Shown: positions 42,222-54,060, numbered from the stretch's first letter. The stretch: DNA of 64,000 nucleotides from Hydrurus foetidus (GCA_900617105.1 UYFQ01000001.1:4712001-4776000), one strand, 5' to 3'. The notes: generated by a model not told the origin, from the letters alone. A program made the numbers and translations.

Positions 42222-43409
42222 ATGCCCGCCTGGTCGTCATCATGGCAATTGCCGGATCAAATTGCCGATGTCTTGCCGTCCGAGGCACGTCACCTTGAAG
42301 AACTTCGCAGATTGTGGCTAGACACCGCTCGAAGTTACGGCTACGAGCTGGTCATGCCGCCTTTGCTTGAGCACATCGAGTCGCTGCTCACTGGCACGGG
42401 CGAAGCGCTTGATTTGCAGACCTTCAAGCTGGTTGACCAGCTGTCTGGCCGCACGCTCGGCCTGCGAGCAGACACCACCCCGCAAGTTGCCCGCATTGAT
42501 GCGCATTTGCTTAACCGCACCGGCGTAGCTCGCCTTTGTTATTGCGGCCCCGTGCTGCACACCAAAGCCGACAGGCCGCACGCCACGCGTGAGCCGCTTC
42601 AGTTTGGCGCCGAAATCTACGGCCACGCCGGTCCCGAGGCAGACCTTGAAGCCCAAGTGCTGGCCATCGAAGGCCTGAAGGCAGCTGGCGTTAGCGACTT
42701 GAGCGTGGACATGGCCGATGTGCGAATTGTCAGCAGCTTGCTGGCCGGGGTTGACGTGCCGCCAAAAACTTTGGCATTGATTCATGGCGCGTTGGCCGCT
42801 AAAGATGCCAGCGCGCTTAGCGAAGTTTGCTCCCGTGTTCCCGGCTTATCTGCGCCTACAGTTGATGGCTTGAAAACACTGCTGCAGCTGTACGGCGACG
42901 AAGGTGTGCTGGCAGAAGCGCAAAAAGCGTTAAAGGGCTTTGCAGGCGTTGAGCAGGCCCTGCACAACCTTAAATGGTTGGCTCAGCACGTTAAAGGCGA
43001 CGGGCGCGATGTCAACATCACGTTTGACCTGGCGGACCTGCGTGGTTATGCCTACTACAGCGGCACGCGTTTTGCCATTTACGGCCATGGCGCTGAGCTG
43101 GCGCGCGGCGGTCGCTATGACGAAGTGGGCGCGGTATTTGGACGTAACCGCCCCGCAGCCGGCTTCAGCCTCGATTTGAAGGAGCTGGTTAACGTGTTGC
43201 CAGCGCGATCCCTAAAAGCCGCCGTGCGCGCGCCTTGGGCAGAAAACGCGAGCCTTGCAGCGGCGATCGCCCAGCTCCGCAACTCGGGCGACACAGTGGT
43301 GCGCGTACTGCCTGGCCATGAGCACGAAGTTAACGAATTTAACTGCGACCGGGAGCTGGCGCTGGTAGCTGGCCACTGGGTCGTGCAGCCCCTGAAAAAC
43401 GCGGCTTGA
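42222..43409 (+). CDS. hisZ: ATP phosphoribosyltransferase regulatory subunit
   Basis: [18 protein letters not shown]; upstream of purA. Confidence 0.93.
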   Translation: MPAWSSSWQLPDQIADVLPSEARHLEELRRLWLDTARSYGYELVMPPLLEHIESLLTGTGEALDLQTFKLVDQLSGRTLGLRADTTPQVARIDAHLLNRTGVARLCYCGPVLHTKADRPHATREPLQFGAEIYGHAGPEADLEAQVLAIEGLKAAGVSDLSVDMADVRIVSSLLAGVDVPPKTLALIHGALAAKDASALSEVCSRVPGLSAPTVDGLKTLLQLYGDEGVLAEAQKALKGFAGVEQALHNLKWLAQHVKGDGRDVNITFDLADLRGYAYYSGTRFAIYGHGAELARGGRYDEVGAVFGRNRPAAGFSLDLKELVNVLPARSLKAAVRAPWAENASLAAAIAQLRNSGDTVVRVLPGHEHEVNEFNCDRELALVAGHWVVQPLKNAA

Positions 43410-43427
43410 TTTTTACCGACAACCTAA

Positions 43428-44783
<1,356 letters not shown>

Positions 44784-44814
44784 GAACCTTTTTCTAACGA
44801 TAAAAATGCGAATC

Positions 44815-44855
44815 GTCTTTTAAATACGGGCGCAAGCAGCTATAAAATAAGGAGC
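44815..44855 (+). repeat. 41-bp repeat copy 7; its 3' end contains the SD (AAGGAG) of the next gene
   Basis: gtct-tttaaatac-gggc-gcaagca-gcta-taaaataag-gagc; ATG at 44863. Confidence 0.8.
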
Positions 44856-44862
44856 AAAAACG

Positions 44863-45387
44863 ATGTTAACTGAAGACGGCAAACACCTCTACGTCAGCTA
44901 TGACGAGTACCACAGCCTCATCGAAAAACTCGCTATCAAAATTCACCAGTCCGCCTGGCAGTTCGACACCATTCTTTGCCTGGCCCGCGGCGGCATGCGG
45001 CCGGGAGACATTTTGTCGCGCATTTTTGACAAGCCGCTGGCCATCATGTCGACCAGCTCGTACCGCGCCGACGCAGGCACCACCCAGGGCGCGCTAGACA
45101 TTGCCCGCTTCATCACCACACCCAAGGGCGAAATTGCTGGCAAGGTGCTGCTGGTTGATGATTTGGCCGATACAGGCGAGACGCTCAACGCCGTTATCCA
45201 TCAGCTCAAAAATAACTACGCCCCCATCACAGAGCTGCGCAGCGCAGTGATCTGGACCAAAGGCGTGTCTGCTTTTACGGCAGATTATTCAGTGGAGCTG
45301 TTGCCTACCAACCCCTGGATTCATCAGCCGTTTGAAAGTTATGACGCCCTTTCGCCCGCGCAGTTGCTGGCGAAGTGGAAGATTTAA
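44863..45387 (+). CDS. Purine phosphoribosyltransferase
   Basis: LARGG, VLLVDDLADTGET PRPP-binding motif, WIHQPFE. Confidence 0.9.
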   Translation: MLTEDGKHLYVSYDEYHSLIEKLAIKIHQSAWQFDTILCLARGGMRPGDILSRIFDKPLAIMSTSSYRADAGTTQGALDIARFITTPKGEIAGKVLLVDDLADTGETLNAVIHQLKNNYAPITELRSAVIWTKGVSAFTADYSVELLPTNPWIHQPFESYDALSPAQLLAKWKI

Positions 45388-45486
45388 AAATTACCGACAG
45401 CGCACAGACCGCAAAGCACCGCGTGATAGATTCACGCGCTTTCGTGATGCATTACAGTTAGAGCAACATTCAAACGAAAGCAGCTT

Positions 45487-45672
45487 GTGGCAACTCCCAA
45501 TTATGGTTACGAAAAGCGTCAAAAAGAGCTGGCTAAAAAGCGCAAAAAAGAAGACAAACTCAAGCGCAAAGCCGAAGGCAAGCCTGACGACGGAACTGAC
45601 GAAGACGGTGAATCAACTCCCGATGGCACCGATGCCGAAGGCGGCGTACCGCCAGCTGATCCAGCTGCCTGA
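45487..45672 (+). CDS. Small protein with basic N-terminus and acidic tail
   Basis: PNYGYEKRQKELAKKRKKE; resembles a small conserved proteobacterial hypothetical family (from memory). Confidence 0.7.
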   Translation: MATPNYGYEKRQKELAKKRKKEDKLKRKAEGKPDDGTDEDGESTPDGTDAEGGVPPADPAA

Positions 45673-45715
45673 ACTGCCATTTCAGTGCCAATTTTCGCAT
45701 TAAATAGGTGTTTTA

Positions 45716-45755
45716 GCCAATAAATACGGGCGCGGGCAGCTATCATTTAAATAGC
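45716..45755 (+). repeat. 41-bp repeat copy 8 (1-bp deletion), at the left edge of the island
   Basis: gcc-aataaatac-gggc-gcgggca-gcta-tcatttaaa-tagc. Confidence 0.85.
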
Positions 45756-45895
45756 AACGCAACTCCACGCAAGCGGGCGATGCCTTCGAGCGACATTCCA
45801 GAGCAACCAACACTCTCACCCGCAATCACTTTGCGTCTGCCACTCAGTTGTTCCGCCCCGCCATCGCACGGTTCGATCAAACAAGAGCCCAGGCG

Positions 45896-46360
45896 TCACT
45901 CGCCGCCCAGCCTAAACTCCATGAAAACGCTATGCGGATTAGCGTGATAGTTGCCGAACGGTCCACACGCCGTGAAACCGTGGCTTCGATACAGCGCGTG
46001 GGCAGGCTCAAAAGCCGCGTGCGTGCCTGTCTCCAGGCTCAACTTGGCATAGCCACGCTGCCGGGCAACCGCGATGATGTGCTCAAGCACAGCACGGCCA
46101 GCGCCTAGCTTTCGAGCGGCCGTTGGCGTGCGCATAGACTTGACTTCACCGTGGGTAGGCAAAAGCTGTTTCAGCGCACCACAGCCAATCAGATTAGCGC
46201 CGTCCCAGACGCTCCAAAAGGTAATGTCAGCCGATCGCAGCTCACTGAGATCCAACGCAAACACCTGCTCGGGTGGCGACAACTCATACATGTTTGCCAA
46301 GTGCTCCTCCAGCAGGGCATGAACCTGCGGGCGGGAAAGATCGTCTATTTCAATGTGCAT
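45896..46360 (-). CDS. GNAT family N-acetyltransferase (YedL-like)
   Basis: GCGALK, GEVKSMRT, LSLETG, GFTACGPFG. Confidence 0.92.
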   Translation of the reverse strand: MHIEIDDLSRPQVHALLEEHLANMYELSPPEQVFALDLSELRSADITFWSVWDGANLIGCGALKQLLPTHGEVKSMRTPTAARKLGAGRAVLEHIIAVARQRGYAKLSLETGTHAAFEPAHALYRSHGFTACGPFGNYHANPHSVFMEFRLGGE

Positions 46361-46389
46361 ATCGCTTGATTAACTTGTTGACTGTGAAA

Positions 46390-46540
46390 GCGCATTGCCG
46401 CGCCAAAGACCAAGCGAATGGATACGGAGCTGGCTGCGTCGATGCCGGTGTCGTCCAACGCGATGCGACAAAGAATCGAGTTACCCGCAAATGCGGTCAT
46501 GGCCAGACCGGTTAGCGCGGCTACTCTGACAGGTGATCTA
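46390..46540 (-). pseudogene. N-terminal fragment of a DMT/EamA transporter
   Basis: Minus strand reads VAALTGLAMTAFAGNSILCRIALDDTGIDAASSVSIRLVFGAA, then similarity ends. Confidence 0.7.
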
Positions 46541-47058
46541 GGGCTTTGCAGTCGCTGCCGGTATCTGTTTATTCGTCATACGGCGGACTTGAATGGCTAA
46601 ACAATTGGAATGTCATCCCGAATGTTTTCCCGATTGTTCTGACCCTCATCGTTACCTCGTTACTCTTCAGCACCAAAGCGTCCTCGAAGGAACTTGCCTG
46701 AAACTCCTTTTAGTTCGCTTCTATCGAAGAGCTTGCCTAGAAACTGGAAATTTCGATCAATGCTAACAATGAGTAATTGCTCAAAATTGCCCTGGCTCTT
46801 GACGGTGACGCGATCGCTATTTTTCTCGGGTGAGATGGTTTTTACCTCAACAAGCCGTCCCGAAATTGTTCCGTCAGATCCTGCCTCGTGTGTCCCATGA
46901 CGCCGAAGTCCAAAATTTATCTCGGCGTATATCTCGCCTAGCTCTCCCCAAATCTGCAAGTATCTGCCAGTGTTTTCAAAGTGCCGTTTAGCGCAATCGG
47001 TGTAGTGGTCTAATAAAAACAGACAGCTCAATAGGTTGTTAAAACCGAAATGGCATAA

Positions 47059-48257
<1,199 letters not shown>

Positions 48258-48667
48258 CCAATACACAACTAGATTGCGAAAAATATTTGCTTGCTCAAAA
48301 GTGCTGAGGGAAAATCCATTTCTTCTTTGAAAAGGCATGCTTAGTTTGACTAGATGGGCATCAGCAAGAGGTGTGTCTGCAAGCTGAGAATTGATCCAAT
48401 CTCGGTCTACATATTCCCATTCCCATTCCCAAGGCGCAGCGCCAGAACCAGCCGCATCTGCAATTTCATCTGCGCTGTAGCCACGCTCATTCATTTCATA
48501 AAGGAAATCCCAGTCACTCATTGTCCTTACCTCGTAAAGTAATTGGTTGCAACGTGCACACAGCAAAAAAACGCCGGCGCAGTGATCTCAACAGTTTTCG
48601 CATTTGGCCGCCAATTTAGGTTTCTTCGGCTTATCAAAAAGGACTTGAAATCAATTGGAGTCTGACC

Positions 48668-50125
48668 CAATACTGTTCAGTTAGTAAAATTTGAAGTAAA
48701 CTTGTATTCCAGTTGCATCACCAACTGGAGGCTTCATGGCAAGAACCAAAGCAGTGCTACCCACGGGCACACGAATCGCAGACTACTTAAGCGTCGGCCT
48801 GCTGGCTCAGGTCTGCCCGCTGGCCAAGATTCACCAAATACTTCAAGACACTGGCAGGCAGTCCCAAAGACAGCGTGACTTGCCCGCCCATGGCGTTGTT
48901 TACTACGTCTTGGCTCTCGGGCTTTACATGGGCGTGGCTTACGAAGAAGTGCTGCGTTTGACCCTTGAAGCAATGAGCTTTCTAGGCTCACCCATCAAGC
49001 GCGAAATCACCAAATCAGCCCTGTCCCAGGCGCGCAGCCGCCTGAGCTGGCAAGTTATGGAGCGCCTGGCCAATGAGTGCTTGATGCCGATAGCCCAGCC
49101 GCACACGAAGGGTGCCTGGTTCAAAGGAATGCGCCTGGTCAGCGTCGATGGCAGCACACTGGACTTAGCCCACGAAAGCGCCAACATTGAGGCCTTTGGC
49201 GGCCCGACCGCTAATGTCGGTGTCGCAGGCTATGCGCAACTGCGCTTTGCTGGATTGGTAGAGGGCGGCACGCACGTCATGTTCGCATTAGCCCATGGCG
49301 CGTATACCGACAGCGAGATCACCTTATTTGACAAGCTATTGCCCAAACTAAAGCCCGACATGCTGCTGCTAGCCGACCGGTACTTTCTGGGCTACAAAGC
49401 ATGGGCAAAGGCGCGCCAGACAGGCGCTCAGTTGCTGTGGCGAGCCAAAAAGAACAACATACTGCCAGTGGATCAAGCGCTACCCGATGGCTCATACCTG
49501 TCGCACTTAAATCCAAGCCGCGGCAACAAAGACCCCAGTTTGCAAAGCTTGCCTGTCAGAGTGGTCGAGTACTTCATTGATGGCGACCCCCAGGCCGAGC
49601 CGCTGTACAGGCTGGTAACAAGTTTGCTCGATCCTGAAGTCGCAACTGCGCACGAGCTTGCACAGGTGTATCACGAGCGCTGGGAGATTGAGACGACGCT
49701 CAAAGAGATGAAGACTCATCTGCGGGGTGCAAGGGTGGTGCTTCGCAGCAAGACGCCAGACTTGGTCAGGCAAGAGTTCTATGGGTTGTGGCTGGCGCAC
49801 TTTGCGGTGCGCCGCTTGATGCATGAGGCGGCGCTGCAAAAGGACATTGATCCCGATGAGCTGTCGTTTAAAAAGAGTCTTCAAATCGTGCGCTGCAAGC
49901 TGCCCCATGCTGGGGCTGTTCCCCCCTGAGCGCTATGCAATTTGGTATGCAGAGGTGATCAACTGCGTAGCCCGCGCCAAATCTGTCAGTTCACGAGGCA
50001 AAAGAAACCCGAGGGTGGTCAAAAGACGAACCAGCTACTATCCTTCGAGAAAAGGCGATGAGCCCTTGAATGTGCTGATTCAAACTGTCATTCGAGTTAA
50101 AAATACTTCTAACTGAACAGTATTG
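48668..50125 (+). mobile_element. IS4-family insertion sequence with 17-bp perfect IRs and 10-bp TSD
   Basis: CAATACTGTTCAGTTAG ... CTAACTGAACAGTATTG; GAGTCTGACC duplicated at 48658-48667 and 50126-50135. Confidence 0.95.
48736..49929 (+). CDS. IS4-family DDE transposase
   Basis: VSVDGS, LADR, YHERWEIE..KEMK (YREK signature). Confidence 0.93.
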   Translation: MARTKAVLPTGTRIADYLSVGLLAQVCPLAKIHQILQDTGRQSQRQRDLPAHGVVYYVLALGLYMGVAYEEVLRLTLEAMSFLGSPIKREITKSALSQARSRLSWQVMERLANECLMPIAQPHTKGAWFKGMRLVSVDGSTLDLAHESANIEAFGGPTANVGVAGYAQLRFAGLVEGGTHVMFALAHGAYTDSEITLFDKLLPKLKPDMLLLADRYFLGYKAWAKARQTGAQLLWRAKKNNILPVDQALPDGSYLSHLNPSRGNKDPSLQSLPVRVVEYFIDGDPQAEPLYRLVTSLLDPEVATAHELAQVYHERWEIETTLKEMKTHLRGARVVLRSKTPDLVRQEFYGLWLAHFAVRRLMHEAALQKDIDPDELSFKKSLQIVRCKLPHAGAVPP

Positions 50126-50152
50126 GAGTCTGACCCGCATTGTTCGTTGTTC

Positions 50153-50171
50153 GTTGATGGGAGGGTTAGGC
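50153..50171 (-). other. Truncated attC (R'' and left arm only)
   Basis: Minus strand GCCTAAC-cctcccatcaac directly after the stop of the 157-aa ORF; no right arm. Confidence 0.55.
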
Positions 50172-50172
50172 A

Positions 50173-50646
50173 TTACTCGGGACAATGGGTGTGGCGCCTT
50201 TTGTCGAATTCCTGAATGAGCGCGATATGTGGCAGACGAAGCGCCGCGTGCAGCTGAAAGTAAGTCGTGATTGCTCGATCTATGACGTCGCTGGCCTCTT
50301 CCCTAGAGCTAAATGTCACTGCGTTGTCTTTCGCTCCGCGCTTGTGCTTGACCGAATTCTTCGCATCGTTAAGTCGGTCGCAGGCCCACTTCTCTACTTC
50401 TTTTATCTCGCAGGGGGTGCTTGCCCCCGAGAACGCCACGATAGCGGCCTTCATTTGATCGAATGCTGGGATCAGTCTTGATGTCGGAGTTACCTGCACT
50501 TCACGAGCGTAGACCGAGAGCAGCTCTTCTGCTGCGCCGCCGAGATGTAGCGCTGAGTAGAAGGAGTCGCCGCGAAGATAGAGCTCGATTGCTCGCTCCA
50601 AGAGTTCGCACGCAACTTCATGCTTCGGTACTTGGAGAATTGGCAC
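50173..50646 (-). CDS. Cassette-borne hypothetical helical protein (possibly HEPN-like)
   Basis: Bounded by attC-like sites; SALHLGGAAEE and KNSVKH motifs. Confidence 0.75.
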   Translation of the reverse strand: MPILQVPKHEVACELLERAIELYLRGDSFYSALHLGGAAEELLSVYAREVQVTPTSRLIPAFDQMKAAIVAFSGASTPCEIKEVEKWACDRLNDAKNSVKHKRGAKDNAVTFSSREEASDVIDRAITTYFQLHAALRLPHIALIQEFDKRRHTHCPE

Positions 50647-50654
50647 GTTGTGAA

Positions 50655-50744
50655 GCCTAATGTCAGCTGTAACCGGCGACCATGGAACGGCGTGGAGTAG
50701 CTGCAGAACGATTTTGGGCGTCTGCGTTGACGGACACGCTAGGC
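50655..50744 (-). other. Degenerate integron attC site
   Basis: Minus strand GCCTAGC-gtgtccgtcaacgcagacgccc...ggtcgccggttacagctgac-ATTAGGC; 90 bp; upstream stop codon lies in R''. Confidence 0.75.
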
Positions 50745-51146
50745 GTCACCCATCACCTCCGAAAAGTCTTCGTCTGTCCACCCATTTCTACGTCTCAGCA
50801 TTTCGCCATGACGCAGGTTCAAATCGCGCATTTCGGAAACGTATGCAGCTGGGAGAGCAATAGCCTCATGCCACTTTCCGTCAGGGCCGTACTTGACGCG
50901 AATAGCGCTGTGCTGCGCCTTATATTCCCAGTACTCCTTCTCATCCAGTTCTTCTTGCTTTCGAACTGTTCGTCGCGCCTTCCATTGAGCGGGGAACCTA
51001 ACAAATAGCCAATGTCCCAAGTACAGCGCGCCAATGCCTAGAACAGCGGGTGTCACGAGAGACGCGAGGGTCGGATAAAACTGCTTAAGCAAAATAAGCA
51101 GGATAACTACAAGAAGAGCGTTGGTCAGGGACATTAGCCGTGCCAT
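50739..51146 (-). CDS. Cassette-borne hypothetical protein with two N-terminal TM helices
   Basis: Hydrophobic N-terminus; starts 10 bp after R' and stops in R''. Confidence 0.75.
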   Translation of the reverse strand: MARLMSLTNALLVVILLILLKQFYPTLASLVTPAVLGIGALYLGHWLFVRFPAQWKARRTVRKQEELDEKEYWEYKAQHSAIRVKYGPDGKWHEAIALPAAYVSEMRDLNLRHGEMLRRRNGWTDEDFSEVMGDA

Positions 51147-51155
51147 TTATGTTGT

Positions 51156-51242
51156 GCCAAACGTTGAAGGTAACCAGACCGCAACATCTGCGGCAAACTC
51201 GCCTCCTGTTGTTGCGGGTCCGTGTTGGCCGTCCAGCTAGGC
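51156..51242 (-). other. Degenerate integron attC site
   Basis: Minus strand GCCTAGC-tggacggccaacacggacccgcaaca...tgttgcggtctggttaccttcaac-GTTTGGC; 87-bp imperfect palindrome. Confidence 0.8.
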
Positions 51243-51605
51243 ATAGGTGTATTCATAGAACGTGATCAAGTTTCCATCTGGGTCCAGGACGGCAAACTCT
51301 TTGGTTCCCCATGCTTTGGTCTCGAGAAGAGCCTTTGGATGAATAATGGAATGTCCTTCGCACTGGTGATACAAGTGTTCGATCGCTCGTACTTGCACCC
51401 TGCAACTTGTGGCTTCCGCGATGCTTCGGTCCGTGCAAGCCCAAAAGTGAGTTTGGACCGGCCCGTTGGCAACTACGCCGTTCGCGCCCTGAGCCACATG
51501 AATGTTTATTAAACCCAGTTTCATGGCAAAAAACTCTGCACTTCGCTCAATATTAAGTGATGCGAGAACGGGAACTGCACTCAGGTATTCAGTGGATGCG
51601 CTCAT
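51237..51605 (-). CDS. VOC / bleomycin-resistance family protein (cassette gene)
   Basis: SAVPVLAS, WGTKEFAVLDPDGNLITF. Confidence 0.88.
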   Translation of the reverse strand: MSASTEYLSAVPVLASLNIERSAEFFAMKLGLINIHVAQGANGVVANGPVQTHFWACTDRSIAEATSCRVQVRAIEHLYHQCEGHSIIHPKALLETKAWGTKEFAVLDPDGNLITFYEYTYA

Positions 51606-51621
51606 GTTCTGAGTTCCCGAT

Positions 51622-51705
51622 GCCTAACGAATAGCGTTTATCTGCCGCGCCGCGAAGCCAGCGAGGGCGCGGGAACTCAAAGGCGGCAGATAAACCTTGT
51701 TGGAC
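51622..51705 (-). other. attC-like stem-loop with non-canonical arm spacing, overlapping the end of the IS91-like element
   Basis: Minus strand GTCCAAC-aag-gtttatctgccgc...gcggcagataaac-gctattc-GTTAGGC (perfect 13-bp stem). Confidence 0.6.
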
Positions 51706-51970
51706 TGAACCGCCACCCCGATCACCTGCTGGTCGGCGGCATAGGGGTTTGTAAGCTTGGCTTGCTTTGGCATGCGCAAATTATGACTTCAGATGCGGCT
51801 CATGTGCGGCTTGGCGCACCCGCTTTTTCGGCAATCGCGCTGGCTAGCCGCAGCCAGGCAGTGTGCGCATCGTGCAAATACGCAAGCGCTGACGCAACAC
51901 GCAGCGCTATTCCGGCTAGGCTTGCGCGGCCAAGTCAAGATCGGTTGATACGTGATGCGATACCGTGCAT

Positions 51971-53176
51971 TCAAGGTGGACCTCGGTTGTGCTGCAATAC
52001 CGACCCACCTGGCGCTGGCAATTGGCCAAGACCTGCGAGCACCGCCGTTACCCGCAAACGATCGTGCCCACAGCACGGACACAAGCGCACATCGAGCCTG
52101 GCCACCCGCGCCATGAATGCCTGGGCGCACTCCAGCGCCCGCAAGTCGGGTGCTGGCATGTGCAAGGCTGCGCGGGCTGTTGCCAGCTTGACTGCTTTGC
52201 AGCTTGATGCCAGCACCCAATAGTGGCGAATCCGCTTGATGCCGCTGGGCAGGATGTGCAGCATGAAGCGGCGCACAAACTCAGCGCCGTCAAGGCGCAC
52301 CAGTCGCTTGCCACCATGATCGTCAGCGCGCACGCTGAACGCCACCTCGTGCTCGCTGATTGAGCGAATGCGCTCATTGCTGATGGCTGTGCGGTGCGTG
52401 TAGCGGGAGAGGTACTCCAGCACCTGGGTCGGGCCGCCCAGTGGAGTCTTGGCATACACCACCCACGCATGCTGGTAGAGCTGGCGCTGACGCGCCCGCC
52501 AGCTTTGCTCATCGCCCTGCGGGTCACGCTCAAGCCTGCCCGCTTTGTGCGCTGCTGCCAGAGCCGCCATGAACTTGCCGCGAAACACCTTTGACAGCGC
52601 CTGTACGGGAAACAAGAAATCGGGCTTGCGCGCTGGTGTATGCCACTTGTCACCACTGTTGCCATCTCTGCCCAGTACCCCGCAGGCCACGACAGCGTGC
52701 AGGTGAATGTGCAGGCGCAAGTCCTGCGTCCAGGTGTGCAGCACCAAGCTGAAGGCCGGTGTACCACCGGCCAGCCCCATCCATTTGGGGTTGCCTGCAA
52801 ACTCGGCCAGGGTTTGTGCGGTGCAAGTAAACAAGGTATCGATCACCCAACGCGGGTGCAGGCCGTGCAAGGCATTCAGGCTGTGTAGCAAGGTAAACAC
52901 CAGATGGCAATACGGCACTGGCAACACTTCGGCCAGGCGCCCTTGCAACCACGCATCCTTGGCACGCGCACCGCAGGTAGGGCAATGCCGGTTGCGGCAC
53001 GAGTGGTAGTGCCAGTGGCTGTGGCCGCAAGTCGCACAGCTCAGTTGCTGGCCACCCAGCGCAGCGGTACGGCAGGCCGCAATCGCCCGCCAAGCCTTGG
53101 CCTGTGAGGTGCTGAGAACTCTCGATTGCAGGTACGCTGCGCCGTGCTGGCGCAGCGCCTGTGCCAAGTTGGCCAT
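51971..53176 (-). CDS. IS91-family rolling-circle transposase
   Basis: Zn domain CATCG..HSCRNRHCPTC, HUH motif HIHLH, Y2 motif YLSRY, RRFMLHILP. Confidence 0.93.
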   Translation of the reverse strand: MANLAQALRQHGAAYLQSRVLSTSQAKAWRAIAACRTAALGGQQLSCATCGHSHWHYHSCRNRHCPTCGARAKDAWLQGRLAEVLPVPYCHLVFTLLHSLNALHGLHPRWVIDTLFTCTAQTLAEFAGNPKWMGLAGGTPAFSLVLHTWTQDLRLHIHLHAVVACGVLGRDGNSGDKWHTPARKPDFLFPVQALSKVFRGKFMAALAAAHKAGRLERDPQGDEQSWRARQRQLYQHAWVVYAKTPLGGPTQVLEYLSRYTHRTAISNERIRSISEHEVAFSVRADDHGGKRLVRLDGAEFVRRFMLHILPSGIKRIRHYWVLASSCKAVKLATARAALHMPAPDLRALECAQAFMARVARLDVRLCPCCGHDRLRVTAVLAGLGQLPAPGGSVLQHNRGPP

Positions 53177-53197
53177 GCGGGGCAGCGCTTAAGGTCT

Positions 53198-54060
53198 TCA
53201 GGACAAGCCAAGCGCGGCCAGTAAATCCAGCGGGTCGCCGCCCTGGGGTGCTCGAAACTGGGGGCTGATCAGGTGCAAATAGCGCCCGGTGGTGGCGATG
53301 TGGCTGTGCCCCAGCAGTTTTTGAATCGTAAAGAGGTCTACCCCGCCTTCGAGCAAGTGAGTTGCAAAGCAGTGGCGCAGGGTGTGGATGCCGCCATTTT
53401 TAGTAATACGGGCGCGCAAGCGAGCGCCCTGGTAGGCGCGCTGAGCCGTCTCGATGCTCATGGCTGCCTTGCCGCTGGTGTCGGCAAACAGCCAGATACC
53501 TGGGCGAAAGTGGCGTGCGTATGCGCGCAGCAAGGCCAGCAGGGTCGCACTGAGCAGGGTGTAGCGGTCTTTGCCGCCTTTGCCGTTTTGCAACCGAATG
53601 CACATGCGGTCAGGTGCGCTGTCGATATCGGCAACTCTGAGCGCGCAGGCCTCTGAGACGCGTAGGCCGGTGGCGTAGACGGTTTGCAGCAGCATTTGCT
53701 TGGCCGGATGGGGGCATACCGCAAACAGGCGCGCTATCTCCAGACGTGCCAGCAATTCGGGTTGTTTGGCGGGCACTTTGGCAAAGGGGACTTGAAAGTG
53801 CTCGCGCCCGCGTCCAAGTACGGTTTGAAACAGGAACTGGGCGGCGCAGGCGGCTTGGGTATCATGCTGCTGTAGGACAGCTTGTCCTGCTTGACCATGT
53901 GCAGCAAGTAGGCTTGCACGTCTTGCTGGGTGTACAGCGCTGGGTCGCGCCGATAGTGTTTGGCCATGCGCCGTATGGCGCTGATGTAGCTCTCCTGGGT
54001 GCGATGGGCAAAGCCGCGCTGGGCCATGGCATCAAACATGCGTTGGCGTAGTTCAGTCAT
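53198..54060 (-). pseudogene. Tyrosine recombinase with SAM-like N-terminal domain, frameshifted at ~53860
   Basis: 53734-54060 and 53198-53776 are two halves of one gene (..LSYSSM / [10 protein letters not shown]..); [27 protein letters not shown] motifs. Confidence 0.88.

Noticed and set aside
45672..45900. tRNA or att site at the island's left border
   Set aside because: No cloverleaf and no direct repeat shared with the right border could be seen
53198..54060. Tyrosine recombinase as the integron integrase (IntI) of the attC array
   Set aside because: It lacks the IntI-specific insertion before the HxLRH box, is co-oriented with the cassettes, and lies inside the IS91-like element
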